Shown here in pieces: positions 12,491 to 23,437 of a DNA stretch of 64,000 nucleotides. The DNA comes from Candidatus Latescibacterota bacterium (GTDB taxonomy: Bacteria; Latescibacterota; UBA2968; UBA8231), in assembly GCA_965242865.1 (NCBI GenBank), contig CBDETK010000013.1:704001-768000 (forward strand). The letters run 5' to 3'. The translations under genes and the position numbers were made by a program. Position 1 is the first letter of the stretch; each line of letters starts with the position of its first letter. Below the pieces are notes generated by a model. It ran no database searches and had not been told where the DNA came from. It saw nothing but the letters and a program-made list of their open reading frames with translations.

Positions 12491-13357
12491 ATGCGAAACA
12501 GTATGCTTTTGACGCCCTCGTCTCCCGTTCTGTCGCGGCCTTTGGGGCTTGTGAAGTGCCTTCTGGCGGCGGTCTTGGTTGGTCTGTTGGACAGCGGGTC
12601 GGCTGTTGCGGACGCTAGCGACTACCTGCCGCTGGCCGTGGGCAATTCGTGGAGGTATGCACATCGATATCGCGAATACGAAAAGGACCGGAGCCAATGG
12701 ACCAACTACATGGCTCAATTCGACACCCTCGGCACTCCGCAATTCACCATTTCCGTATTGCACACTGAGGTCATTGACGGCCATACCTATTTTGTTATTA
12801 GCGACATACCCGACTTCTGGCCGCCGGTGCCATCGTATTTCATCGCGGGTAAGAAGTTGCGGTGGGCGGGCAATCAACTGATGGAGCGCACCGCCGATGG
12901 CGAGCGGTCGCTGTTTCGCTTTGGCGGGACCAGCGGAGCCAGCGGAGCCAGTGGAGACGTTAGCAGCTATGCCATCACTATCCCAGAGGGACTCAACCAA
13001 GCCACCCGATGGGGAGGACGGTTCAACTTTGATCTTGATAACGATGACGATGACGGCGTAGGGGGAGCGAGCGACTCTGGGTCTTTTCTCGATCCCGGTT
13101 CTTGGGATCGTCCTTACGAACAAGGGGGAGCCGTATTCCTAAGGGGCTTTGGCATCGAAGATTGTGGCTTTGAAAGCGGTAGCGGCGATGCCCCTCTATT
13201 CATCAACTACCAAACAGCCAAACACGCGGTCATCAACGGGCGTACCGTGACGGTGAAGCAAGCCCGGAAAGAGGCCGCTACTCAGTCTCAGTCGTCAGAC
13301 GCAAGCAGCATTGAGTGGCTTTCTTGGGGAGCCATCAAACAGGAGGGCAGCCCGTGA
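12491..13357 (+). CDS. Unit C small secreted partner protein 2 (PLAVGNSWRY family), SWGAIK tail
   Basis: 288-aa ORF with RBS and signal peptide. The N-terminal half is very similar to 11444 and the central part is divergent. Ends IEWLSWGAIKQEGSP. Confidence 0.85.
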   Translation: MRNSMLLTPSSPVLSRPLGLVKCLLAAVLVGLLDSGSAVADASDYLPLAVGNSWRYAHRYREYEKDRSQWTNYMAQFDTLGTPQFTISVLHTEVIDGHTYFVISDIPDFWPPVPSYFIAGKKLRWAGNQLMERTADGERSLFRFGGTSGASGASGDVSSYAITIPEGLNQATRWGGRFNFDLDNDDDDGVGGASDSGSFLDPGSWDRPYEQGGAVFLRGFGIEDCGFESGSGDAPLFINYQTAKHAVINGRTVTVKQARKEAATQSQSSDASSIEWLSWGAIKQEGSP

Positions 13358-16300
13358 ATCCGCTCCGTGTACTACTCGCGCTTTGCTTCGGCTTGCTGGT
13401 TTGTGCCTCTGCGGGGTTCGCCCGCGGTTCGCTTTCGACATAGCCGCACGCCAATAACCCCATCTTGGCTGCACGCGCTGATGCGTGTACGCTGGACGTG
13501 GTGCTGGTCACCTTTCGAGACACCACGGCCTCAGACACTGCAAACCATCGAAGCTATGACTATCACGATTATGACCGGCCCTTCGGTGAAGTAGGCGGGC
13601 GGCTGAGAGGCCGCTCATATCGCCTGAACGATTTTCTGCGGATGCTAGCCGGTGGCTACGACGACGATGGCGGGCATCCCACGCCCTTTGTCGGGACGGA
13701 CGTCACGGTGGCAAATGGCAGTGAGCAACTGCCCCAAGTATTCGGCAGTGTGCGGGCGTACTTCGATTCGGTGTCCAACGGCGCGTTCCAATTGCACGTG
13801 CGTATGGTTAACCCGGCCGCGGCGGGTCAGGCCGCGGGTGGCTTGCCCCGCTGGATTGAGCTGCCGGCTTCCAAAGAACACTATGCTGAGCGGGCTAGGA
13901 GAGATCAGTTCTGGAACGCCGCCTATGAAGCGACGCTGGACTCGTTGGCCGACTGGAACACTGGGATCAGCCTACCCCACCACGATTCGACCGAGACCTA
14001 CTCCTTTACCCGCCTCTTGCGCCGCAAGATTCTCTTCTTGTATTCCGGTCCCTTCTTTGACAATACCGATAGCCGAATACATCCCCGAGTGGATGTGGTT
14101 ACAGAGGAAAATCCAACCGCTCCTGATGAGGTCGGCTATCGCTACGTGATGTCGGAGCGTCAGGGGTTCGGCAACAACGATGATCGCGTCAACGAGTTCG
14201 CTGGCGTTGGTACGCACGCCCATGAAATAGGCCATCTGCTCGGCCTGAATCATGGCTTTGGGGATTGGGCAGACTCGACCGGTAGTGATCGGTACGGCAA
14301 CACGTCAGACCCCAATTATGAAGTGGACGAGGCCGCTAACCAACTAGGGTGGACATTGATGCAAGGCGGCGGCGACCAAGGACCGGAAGAGGAGGCCGGC
14401 GGCTACTCCGTGGCCTACCGCTCCTGTCCCAATCCAATCAACCCCTTCTATCTACGCGACTTAGGTTGGCTGACGCCGACAGAGATCCTGAACGCTCAGA
14501 ACGATTGAATTTCTGCTTAACCGCCGCACTACGCAGCCGTTTGGCGGGCGCTATGTCTCCTTCTATGACTATGCCGCCCCCAATGCCGCCGATCAGGGCC
14601 TGATGATCTGGCGTCGGCGCTTCAGAGTCGAGCGTCCTCTGCTCATCGTCGCCGATGAGCGACGCTACCGCGACGCCCGGGATCAGGATGCGAGCCCCAA
14701 TATCCCCGAATACTACGACATGCTCTCCGATCCGTTTGCGGCCGGTAGGATATCCGATCCCAGAGACGATCCCGGAGACGATACTAATTTCGACCAAGCT
14801 AACGTGTCGGCGGTCAATAGCCTGACCGCCGGGGCCGGCTTGCGCCAAGCGACCACAGGTATAGGGCGTAACCCGGATCCTAGGGATGTGAACTTAGCCC
14901 TGACCGACATTCGGTATGACGCTGCTGGCGACAACATCCTTGTGGACGTAGCCCTTACGCTGCCGGCAGCTCCGGACAATTTGACTGCTGAAGTCCAAGC
15001 GGGCCAAGTGACGCTACGGTGGGCTGCTTCGAACGACCCGACCGTCTCCTACCGATACCGATATCGTCCTGATACGATGCTTTGGAGCGGGTGGAGCATG
15101 ACAACCGCCACTGAGAATGGACGGATCGTAGCGACCATCGAAGCCGGAGATTTGATCAACAACACGGCGTACACGTTTGAAGTCGCGGCGGTCAACGGGT
15201 TGGGGAGAAATTCAGCCACCCTGACGGCCACGCCCCAAGCGTTAGGTCCCAGCGCGGTGAATTTTGTCGAGGATGTGACGCCCGATCAGGACGATACGCC
15301 AGCGGTGGCCACCTATACGGTGGCCGGCTTGGGCAATACCCCGAATTGGACGCTAGAGGACGACACTCGGAATGCCTTTGAGTTACAGGGCACTGGGACG
15401 ACGCAGGAGCTTCACTTCCGGCAGCCGCCCGACTTTGAAACCTTGCAGGACGCGACCTACTCGGTGACCATCCAAGCCCGCGCTGGCCAAGTCACGGTCA
15501 CACAAGCGGTGTCGGTGACGGTGGTGAATGCGGAGGAAGCAGGCACGGTGGTTGTGATGCCGACGACAGCTCATAGGGTGGGCGAGGAACTAACGGCGAC
15601 GCTGACCGACCCGGATGGCGACGTGTCGGGCGCGTCTTGGCGGTGGCACCGTCGGGCCTCGGATACGATGGAGTGGGTCACTATTCAAGACGCGACAGCG
15701 GCGACGTATTCTCTGGTGCCCGCGGATGTTGGGTACGTGCTCCAAGCGACGGTGAGCTATACGGATGGGCACGGCTCTAACAAAAGCGCCGAGAGTGCGC
15801 CGGTGCTCGGCCTGCCGAGTGCGCCGCAGGAATTTGAAGCGGTGGCCGGCAACGGGGAGGTGGCCTTGCGTTGGCAGCCGCCGGCGTTGGATGGGGGTTC
15901 GCCGATTGATGTTTATAAAGTGCTGTATTTTTCGGAGACGCAGCCGAATACGGATAAGGCTGGTTTTTCGGCGGTGTCGGGGGGTTCGTCGGCGCGGGAC
16001 ACGACGATTAAGGGGTTGACCAACGGGACGCGATACGTGTTTCGGGTGGCCGCCCATAACGAAGTGGGCAACGGGGATCGGGCCGAGGCAAAGGCGACGC
16101 CGCAGGTTCCCTGTCAACTGATGGGGGCGACGGCTCCGACGTTTGCGGAAAACGCGACTGGGGCGGTAGGCATGTACACGGCGAGTGCTGGGTGTGATTC
16201 GGCGTTGTCGTGGGGGTTGGCGGGGACGGATGCGCGCTTCTTTGAGTTGAAAGGGGACGGCATGTCGCGCACCCTCGAGTTCGATAGTTCTCATAGTCCT

Positions 16301-19200
16301 CCCAACTTTGAGCAGCCTGCCGACGCCGGCGCGAACAACACTTACGCGGTGTCGGTGTCCATCGGCGACGCATCCGTGTCGGTGACCGTGTCGGTGACCG
16401 ATGCCAACGATGCCGGTGTCATTAGTCTTTCGACGACCGCGCCGCGAGCGGAGGAATCCCTCACGGCGACGCTATCGGACGAAGATGGCATTGCAGAGCC
16501 GGTGTATTGGACGCCCCACTATGAGAGCACCTCGGACAGGGATGGCGTAACCGGGCCGGCGTCGGAGGCGACGCAGACATGGACGCTGACTATCCCCAAC
16601 AGCCGCGTGGGGCAGTCCCTGCGCCTCCAAGCTGACTACACCGACTCTTTTGGCGCAGCGTCGGCGACGAGTGCTTTGACCTCGCCGGTGCGCCCGGCTG
16701 CCAACCGCGCCCCGTCGGTGTCGGGTCCGGCGTCGGTGGACATAGCCGAAAACAGCCCCGAACCGTGGCTGTTGGGCACTTATATCGGCCGCGACCCGGA
16801 TGGCGACGAGTTGGCGTGGAGTATAACGGGCACGGATGCGAGTGCGTTTGAATTGAAGGAACCGGCGTCGCCGGGGACGGAGCCATCGCGGGAACTCCAT
16901 TTGGCGAATGCGGCCGATTACGAAGCCCAAGCGCGCTACGACGTGTGGGTGAAGGTCTCCGATGCGGTGCTGTCGGACAGCCTGCGGGTGTCGGTGTCGG
17001 TCGTCAATCAGAACGAGGATGGGTCGGTGGTGCTGACGGGGGGGTTGCCGCCGGAGGTGGGCACGGCGGTGGTGGCGGGGTTGACCGATCCGGATGGGCA
17101 GATTACGGGAGCGTCTTGGCAGTGGCAACGGCGGTTGGGCACAACGGGAGCATGGGAAGCGATTGGGGCCGGGGTGTCGGGGGCTTCATCAGCGGTGTCG
17201 GGTGCGGCCTCGGCGTATCCTGAGCTATCGAGCTACACGCCGGTGTCGGGCGATGTGGGGTGGCAGTTGCAGGCGACGGTGCGCTACCGCGATGGGCACG
17301 ATCCCAACACGGAACGGATGTCCGCGAGTGCGGCGAGTGCGGCGGTGTTCGGCCCTCCGGCCGCGTCGGTGACGGCTGGGTGGGGCCGTATTCGGGTAGA
17401 GTGGCCGGCGGTGGCGTCGGCGACGAGCTACGATGTGCAGGGGCAGGGCAAACCCTTTGATAGGGGCCCTTGGCCGGCGGCTTGGTCGTCATTGGCGACC
17501 AACATCACCGCTCTGCGGTATGCCCACCGGGGGGTGTCGCCGGATAGCCTGTATCGGTATCAGGTGCGCTCGCGGACAGATGCGGCGGTGAGTGAGTGGT
17601 CGGACCCGCTGCCGGATGCGGCCGGGGTCCAGCCCGGCGTTGATGCTCCGACGGGGTTTCGGGCGGCGGCGGGGGCTGGTCAGGTGACGCTGCGGTGGAC
17701 AGGGCCGGAACACGCCAGCATCATCAAGTGGCGGTATCGGGATGTGACGGCGGCGGGGGCCGATACGGACGGGGACTGGCAGGACGCGACGGTCAGCGGT
17801 AGTGCCTCGACGGAGTGGGTGGCTACGGTAGAGGGCTTGACGCCGGGGCGCGAGTATCGGTTTCAAGTGCGGGCGGTCAATGGGGCCGGCGGTGGGCGGC
17901 CTTCGGCGGTGAGCAATACGGTCACGCCGTGGTTGGCTCGGCCCACGGGCGGTTCGGTTTCAGTGCAGGCGGGTCCGGCACTGAAGGTTGCTTGGTCGGC
18001 GGTGGCGTCGGCGACCGGCTATGAGGTGGAGGGGCAGAGCAAGCCGTATGACGGCGGGTCGTGGCCTTCGGCGTGGACGACGCAGCAGGCCCACGGCGCA
18101 CAGCCCTATGTGCATCCAGGGGTGGATGCCGACCGCCGCTATCGCTACCGAGTGCGGGCGCGAGTAGGCGAGACGGTGAGTGCCTGGTCGGATACGCTGC
18201 CGGGGGTGGCGGGGGTGCAACCGCCACCGGGCGCGCCCACGGGCTTGACGGCCACGCCGGGCATCCGACAGGCGACGCTTCGGTGGACCGGGCCGACGCA
18301 CACCAGCATCACCGAGTGGCAGTATAAGCGGGGCCAGATTTTGGAGCCGATCACCGCGTGGGGGGGATGGCTGTCCATGGGCACAGCGGCAACGACGCGG
18401 TCGTTTACGGTGCGGCATCCGCTGGTGGATGGGGGCTCCTATCGGTTTGAAGTGCGGGCGCGCAACGGCGGGGGATGGTCCGCGACGACGCGGACGGATA
18501 CGGTGACGTTGCCGGTGGACACCAAAGGGCGTGTGGCACTCTCGACGACCACGCCGCAGGTCGGAGACGCCTTGACCGCGATGTTGACCGACCCGGATAA
18601 CCCGACCGATGTGGGGTTTACTTGGGCGTTTTTTCTGCCGGCGGGGGTGTCGGGGGCCAACGGAGCCGATCCGCCGCCCAGCGCAGTGCAGTCGGAGCCG
18701 TTGCGGGTGAGCACAGTGCATTTGGGGTTGCAGATCCGGGCGCGGGTGTCCTATGCCGATGATTATGGTCGGCAGCAGGCGCAAAGCCCCAAGACGTCGG
18801 CGGTGGTGGGGCCGCCGTGGGTGCCGCGGACGTTTACGGCGATGGCGGGCGACGGGCAGGTGGCGCTTGCTTGGGAAGTGCCCTTGAAAATCGGCGGCTC
18901 GGCGATCACCAGCTACCAGTACCGCTACAAGAAGACCAGCGGCAGTTGGCCGGAGAACTGGACGAGTGCCGGCACGGCGACGAGCGCGACGGTGACGGAC
19001 TTGACCAACGGCACTCCGTACTCCTTTGCGGTGCGGGCAGTCAATGGCTACGGCGACGGCACGGTTGCCGGTAAGCACGGGGGTGCGTATTCTGTCCACG
19101 GTGTCCTATACGGATGACTATGGTGCCCAACAGGAGCACAGCGACACGACCGTGGCGGTAGTAGGACCGCCGAGTGCGCCGCGGACGTTTACGGCGACAA
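13354..19200 (+). pseudogene. Unit C giant protein: signal peptide + M6-like metzincin + FN3/cadherin stalk; nonsense codon, frameshift and 3' truncation
   Basis: GTG at 13354 overlaps the upstream TGA. In-frame TAG at 13441-13443. HEIGHLLGLNH at 14221 and WTLMQGG Met-turn. Frame change at ~14504 into EFLLNRR...GLMIW (frame of ORF 14603..19117). Stalk breaks ~19068, followed by an out-of-frame Ig/FN3 fragment to ~19200. Confidence 0.85.
16094..19068 (+). repeat. Stalk repeat copy 3
   Basis: Near-identical to the other copies; carries the FGPPAASVTAGWGRIRVEW FN3 variant shared with copy 5. Confidence 0.9.
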
Positions 19201-19231
19201 CCTCTCATCCCTCCAGAAAGAGAGGGTACGG

Positions 19232-19897
19232 ATGATACTTAGATGTGAACAAAGTGCGGTGAAGTGCCTGATGCTCACTGTCACTATCTGTGTGTTCGGA
19301 AGTGGGCCAGCTATCGCATTGAGCGGCTCGACTCAAAGTACCAAAGCCTGGGCCCTGCCGGCCGTTTTTGGCTTGTTTGCCCGACTGCCGACGCAAGTTG
19401 ATACCATGAGGTACTATCAGGGCTTTGACTTCAGTGCTGGAAATGCCGGAGGCGAAAGCGATAATTACGATGGGGAACTTTTCCCGGGGACCGATGACTT
19501 GGGGATGTATCAACTCACTGACATTGATGGCAGTCCTTCGACTCCGGGATATTTCCAAACGCCACTCAGTGGAGGTGGAGATATAGTTGATATAGATATA
19601 TATCCTTTCAACGTGATTTTTAGACCGCCGAGAGGTAGAGATGGGGTGATAGGATTCCAAGAGATAATTGAAGGCCATACCTATGCAGTTTGGCCGCTCG
19701 ATGGGGGGCTTGTGCTCATGTACGTCGTTGAGGTCGGTTTATGGCCACCTGACCCCGTTGGGGGGTATGCTGGCGGGGCCATCGCTAATGTCGTGATAGA
19801 GTGGATGTATGCTCCAGAGTGGATGTATGGGGAACCGACGGCCATTCAAGCGACGCCATGGGGGCGATTAAAAAGCAACATCCGCAGGGGGCCATAG
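19232..19897 (+). CDS. Unit D small secreted partner protein, unknown fold, PWGRLK tail
   Basis: 221-aa ORF with gaggg RBS and a signal-peptide-like N-terminus (..GPAIA). Ends TAIQATPWGRLKSNIRRGP. No visible similarity to the other small families apart from the tail. Confidence 0.75.
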   Translation: MILRCEQSAVKCLMLTVTICVFGSGPAIALSGSTQSTKAWALPAVFGLFARLPTQVDTMRYYQGFDFSAGNAGGESDNYDGELFPGTDDLGMYQLTDIDGSPSTPGYFQTPLSGGGDIVDIDIYPFNVIFRPPRGRDGVIGFQEIIEGHTYAVWPLDGGLVLMYVVEVGLWPPDPVGGYAGGAIANVVIEWMYAPEWMYGEPTAIQATPWGRLKSNIRRGP

Positions 19898-19940
19898 CCC
19901 GATCTCAAACCACATGTTGTCAAGAAAAAGGAAAAATCAG

Positions 19941-21428
19941 ATGCGTTTTCTGCTGTTTTTGCTCTTGAGTCTGTACGCCGCCAGTGCTTGGGGCCAAGAA
20001 TTCGTCTGTGCGTTCGGTCTGGAGCCGGAAGGGGTCTCGGGTGCGTCCTCGCATAATGTGGCGCACTACCAGAGGGGAACGGTCAAAATGCTGATCCTGT
20101 TTGGGAAGTTAAACGGTGCCCAAGATGCAGGGTCATTGACACAGCTTTGGAATCGGAATGAAGACGCCAGTCCACTCTGGTCCGCCGCAGACTTGTTGAA
20201 CAGCGAATTTAAGGGCAGTCTAGCGCACTACTTCAAGGAGATGTCGTATGGTGCTCTGACGCTATCGCCGGGAAGCAAGGGCATTCCAATGAAATTTTAT
20301 CAGTCGAACAACAGCACTACCGGCATCGGCTCCTATAATATACCCCAAATCCAGACGGATTGTACCGTTCCCAATTGGAAAAGAGGTATGAATGGGACAA
20401 CGACAACGAACGAAGGGATGCGGCAGTTTGTAAGGGAGGTACTCGAAAACGCTGACAAAGAGCTTAATTTCAGTCGCCTTGCGACGTCCGGTGTTAATGC
20501 CGGCTTCTCAGAATACGATGGGGACAAGGACGGGAATATCGACATCATCGGTGTAGTTACTCCGCGAACCGTTTGCAGCTATAGCGGGACCGTTTTTTAT
20601 AATATTCAATACCCCGACCCAGACAACGCTAGTAAAATGATCACTGTGGACAGAGTCGTCACCACGGATTGGAGACGAAGTTTTCCTTATATCGTCGGCG
20701 TGGTCGCGCATGAGTATGGCCATGCGATGGGGCTGCCCGAACTATACGACCGCGACCATTTCTCTTCGAATGATTCAGCAAGTCACAGTGCTGGCATCGG
20801 AGCTTGGGGGACAATGGGAAGATCAGCGTCTTGGGATCACGAAGGGGCACGACGGGAACGAGCGGTAGATGGCCCCAATCCGCTGTCAGTGTGGTCGCGG
20901 ATAAAAGTGGGCTGGATCACGGATGATACTTCTGCTCCGCGAGCAAACCAGCGTTTAGAGAGCGTAACCGGCGACAAGAGCGTCGATAATATCCACGACA
21001 TCAACTCGTCCGGCGGCAAGGTCTATAAAATTCCGATGCTTGGTTCAACAACCGAATACTTTCTCGTCGCCAATCGGCAGAATCGCTACCCGTCAATTGG
21101 AAGCTTTTACGACACCTACGCTCCGGCGAGCGGGCTGTTGATTTGGCACATTGACGAGTTAGCAAGGTCTGGCAGCAACGATGCCAACCAAAACGGCTTT
21201 GACGCCTTGCGCATCGACACGCCGACGCCGGTGCGCTTTGTCGGCTTGCAGATGGGCGAGCCGCTCGCGCCGGTAGAGCCGGATCGCGTCAGCGCGGGCG
21301 ACCGCCGCCTCGAAGTGGTGTTCACCAGCCACAAGATAACCTTTGCCAACAACGTGCCGCTGCATATCCCTGCTCAGTTGGGGTCGATTGAAACAGAAAG
21401 GACTGTGAGATGCGCTTTATTTTGCTAG
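19941..21428 (+). pseudogene. Unit D M6 metalloprotease, truncated at ~21182 and fused to a fragment of the 45322 gene
   Basis: MRFLLFLLLSLYAASAWGQEFVC signal (paralog of 5899); HEYGHAMGLPELYD at 20709; EYFLVANRQ; GLLIWHIDE. From 21183 the DNA matches 34091-34271 and 46618-46798. Confidence 0.85.
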
Positions 21429-22081
21429 TCTTATGGCTACTGCTCGCCCTTTGGGAGCCAGTGGCGGCTCGGACGATTCGGGTCTCAGAAAAGGAATCAG
21501 AACACGGGGAACTGGCCTTGTATTGGGCTCTGATAGAGGCGGCTCCGCACGATACGCTGCTCGTCGCTGCCGGGTATTATGAGGGGGGTGGTATTGACAA
21601 ACCCCTGACGCTCATTGGGGCCGGAGCCGATAGCACAATAGTGGCAGGTCCCTACACGGCAATCGGGATAGGAGCCGAAGGGGTAACCATTGAAGGATTT
21701 TATATACTGGGCTTTGGGAAATGTCGTCTGACGAGTGCTATTTATTGTAATAATTGTTCTGCAACGCTCAAGCACAACATTCTCGAAGGGTGTTACTCGG
21801 CGATTACCACCTTTGATAATGCTCGACTAACCGTCAACTACAACCAACTAATAGGCAACTTCGCCTTTGAGGTTTTCCCCTTTGACCCTCCGAGTGCTAT
21901 TGACGCTCGCTTCAACTGGTGGGAGACGACGGTTGAACAGGAGATACAGGCCAAGATAGCCGCGACGATGGACGAGGTGGTGTATCGGCCTTGGCTGCAA
22001 GGTCCCGAGGAAATCTTCCGTGATCTCCCTACCTTTATATCCTTGATCAGTTGGGGTCAACTGAAACAGAAAGGACGATGA
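21410..22081 (+). CDS. Secreted right-handed beta-helix (pectin-lyase-fold) protein, array copy E1, SWGQLK tail
   Basis: Signal peptide; AAPHDTLLVAAGxYE..IDKPLTLIGAGADST beta-helix cap; IDARFNWW; 223 aa. Confidence 0.85.
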   Translation: MRFILLVLWLLLALWEPVAARTIRVSEKESEHGELALYWALIEAAPHDTLLVAAGYYEGGGIDKPLTLIGAGADSTIVAGPYTAIGIGAEGVTIEGFYILGFGKCRLTSAIYCNNCSATLKHNILEGCYSAITTFDNARLTVNYNQLIGNFAFEVFPFDPPSAIDARFNWWETTVEQEIQAKIAATMDEVVYRPWLQGPEEIFRDLPTFISLISWGQLKQKGR

Positions 22082-22082
22082 G

Positions 22083-22760
22083 ATGCGCTTTATTTTGCTA
22101 GTCTTATGGCTACTGCTCGCCCTTTGGGAGCCAGTGGCGGCTCGGACGATTCGGGTCTCAGAAAAGGAATCAGAACACGGGTACATGGCCTTGTTTTGGG
22201 CTCTGATTGAGGCGGCTCCGCACGATACGCTGCTCGTCGCTGCCGGGGATTATGAGGGGGGTAGCATCGATAAACCCCTGACGCTCATTGGCGCAGGGGC
22301 CGATAGCACAATAGTGGGAAGTTACAGCGGCGCGGGACTCGGGATAGGAGCCGAAGGGGTAACCATTGAAGGATTTTATATACAGAGCTACTTTGATAAA
22401 TGTCGTGGGACGAGAGCTATTGTGTGTAATAATTGTTCTGCGACACTCAAGCACAACATTCTTGAAGGGTGTTACTCGGCGATTACCACCTTTGATAATG
22501 CTCGACTAACCGTCAACTACAACCAACTAATAGGCAACTTCGCCTTTGAGGTTTTCCCCTTTGACCCTCCGAGCGTTATTGACGCCCGCTTCAACTGGTG
22601 GGGGACGACGGTTGAACAGGAGATACAGGCCAAGATAGCCGCGACGATGGACCAGGTGGTGTATCGGCCTTGGCTGCAAGGTCCCGAGGAAATCTTCCGC
22701 GATCTACCTACCTTTATATCCTTGATCAGTTGGGGTCGATTGAAACAGAAAGGACTATGA
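22083..22760 (+). CDS. Beta-helix protein, array copy E2, SWGRLK tail
   Basis: Paralog joined by TGA-g-ATG; most divergent variable patches (GSYSGAGL, QSYFDKCRGTRAIV). Confidence 0.85.
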   Translation: MRFILLVLWLLLALWEPVAARTIRVSEKESEHGYMALFWALIEAAPHDTLLVAAGDYEGGSIDKPLTLIGAGADSTIVGSYSGAGLGIGAEGVTIEGFYIQSYFDKCRGTRAIVCNNCSATLKHNILEGCYSAITTFDNARLTVNYNQLIGNFAFEVFPFDPPSVIDARFNWWGTTVEQEIQAKIAATMDQVVYRPWLQGPEEIFRDLPTFISLISWGRLKQKGL

Positions 22761-22761
22761 G

Positions 22762-23436
22762 ATGCGCTTTATTTTGCTGGTCTTATGGCTACTGCTCGCC
22801 CTTTGGGAGCCGGTGGCGGCTCGGACGATTCGGGTCTCAGAAAAGGAATCAGAACACGGGTACATGGCCTTGTTTTGGGCTCTGATTGAGGCGGCTCCGC
22901 ACGATACGCTGCTCGTCGCCGCCGGCTTGTATGAAGGGGGTGGTATTGACAAACCCCTGACGCTCATTGGTGCCGGAGCCGATAGCACAATAGTGGAAGG
23001 TCACTTCACTGGACTCGGGATAGGAGCCGAAGGGGTAACCATTGAAGGATTTTATATACGGGGCTCTGGGAAATGTCGTCTGTCGAGTGCTATTTACTGT
23101 AATAACTGTTCCGCAACACTCAAGCACAACATTCTTGAAGGATGTTACTCGGTGATTACCACCGATGGTAATGCTCGACTAACCGTCAACTACAACCACC
23201 TAATATCAGGAACCTTCGCCTTTGACGTTTTTCCCTCTGACCCTCCGAGCACTATTGACGCTCGCTTCAACTGGTGGGAGACGACGGTTGAACAGGAGAT
23301 ACAGGCCAAGATAGCCGCGGCGGTGGACGAGGTGGTGTATCGGCCTTGGCTGCAAGGTCCCGAGGAAATCTTCCGCGATCTCCCTACCTTTATATCCCTG
23401 CTCAGTTGGGGCCAACTGAAACAGAAAGGACTGTGA
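22762..23436 (+). CDS. Beta-helix protein, array copy E3, SWGQLK tail
   Basis: Paralog, 224 aa, TGA-g-ATG junction. Confidence 0.85.
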   Translation: MRFILLVLWLLLALWEPVAARTIRVSEKESEHGYMALFWALIEAAPHDTLLVAAGLYEGGGIDKPLTLIGAGADSTIVEGHFTGLGIGAEGVTIEGFYIRGSGKCRLSSAIYCNNCSATLKHNILEGCYSVITTDGNARLTVNYNHLISGTFAFDVFPSDPPSTIDARFNWWETTVEQEIQAKIAAAVDEVVYRPWLQGPEEIFRDLPTFISLLSWGQLKQKGL

Positions 23437-23437
23437 G

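Larger units (their letters stand above)
11350..13410 (+). repeat. Diverged ~1.05-kb tandem duplication (leader + partner gene + 5' end of the giant gene)
   Basis: cggccctacggcgaaaattccagagga occurs at 11350 and 12395. Each is followed by a similar leader with an aaggagga RBS, a paralogous gene, and an overlapping (A/G)TG AAT CCG CT. CGT GTA signal-peptide start. Confidence 0.85.

Noticed and set aside
13441-13443. Programmed TAG readthrough or recoding
   Set aside because: TAG terminates normal genes here (5859, 19897, 51214) and the same gene has a second lesion, so a nonsense mutation is simpler.
4852-19231. Integron cassettes or site-specific shufflon at unit boundaries
   Set aside because: No shared attC-like palindrome or conserved recombination site at 4852-4929, 11341-11443 or 19200-19231; no integrase or invertase; all units are co-oriented.
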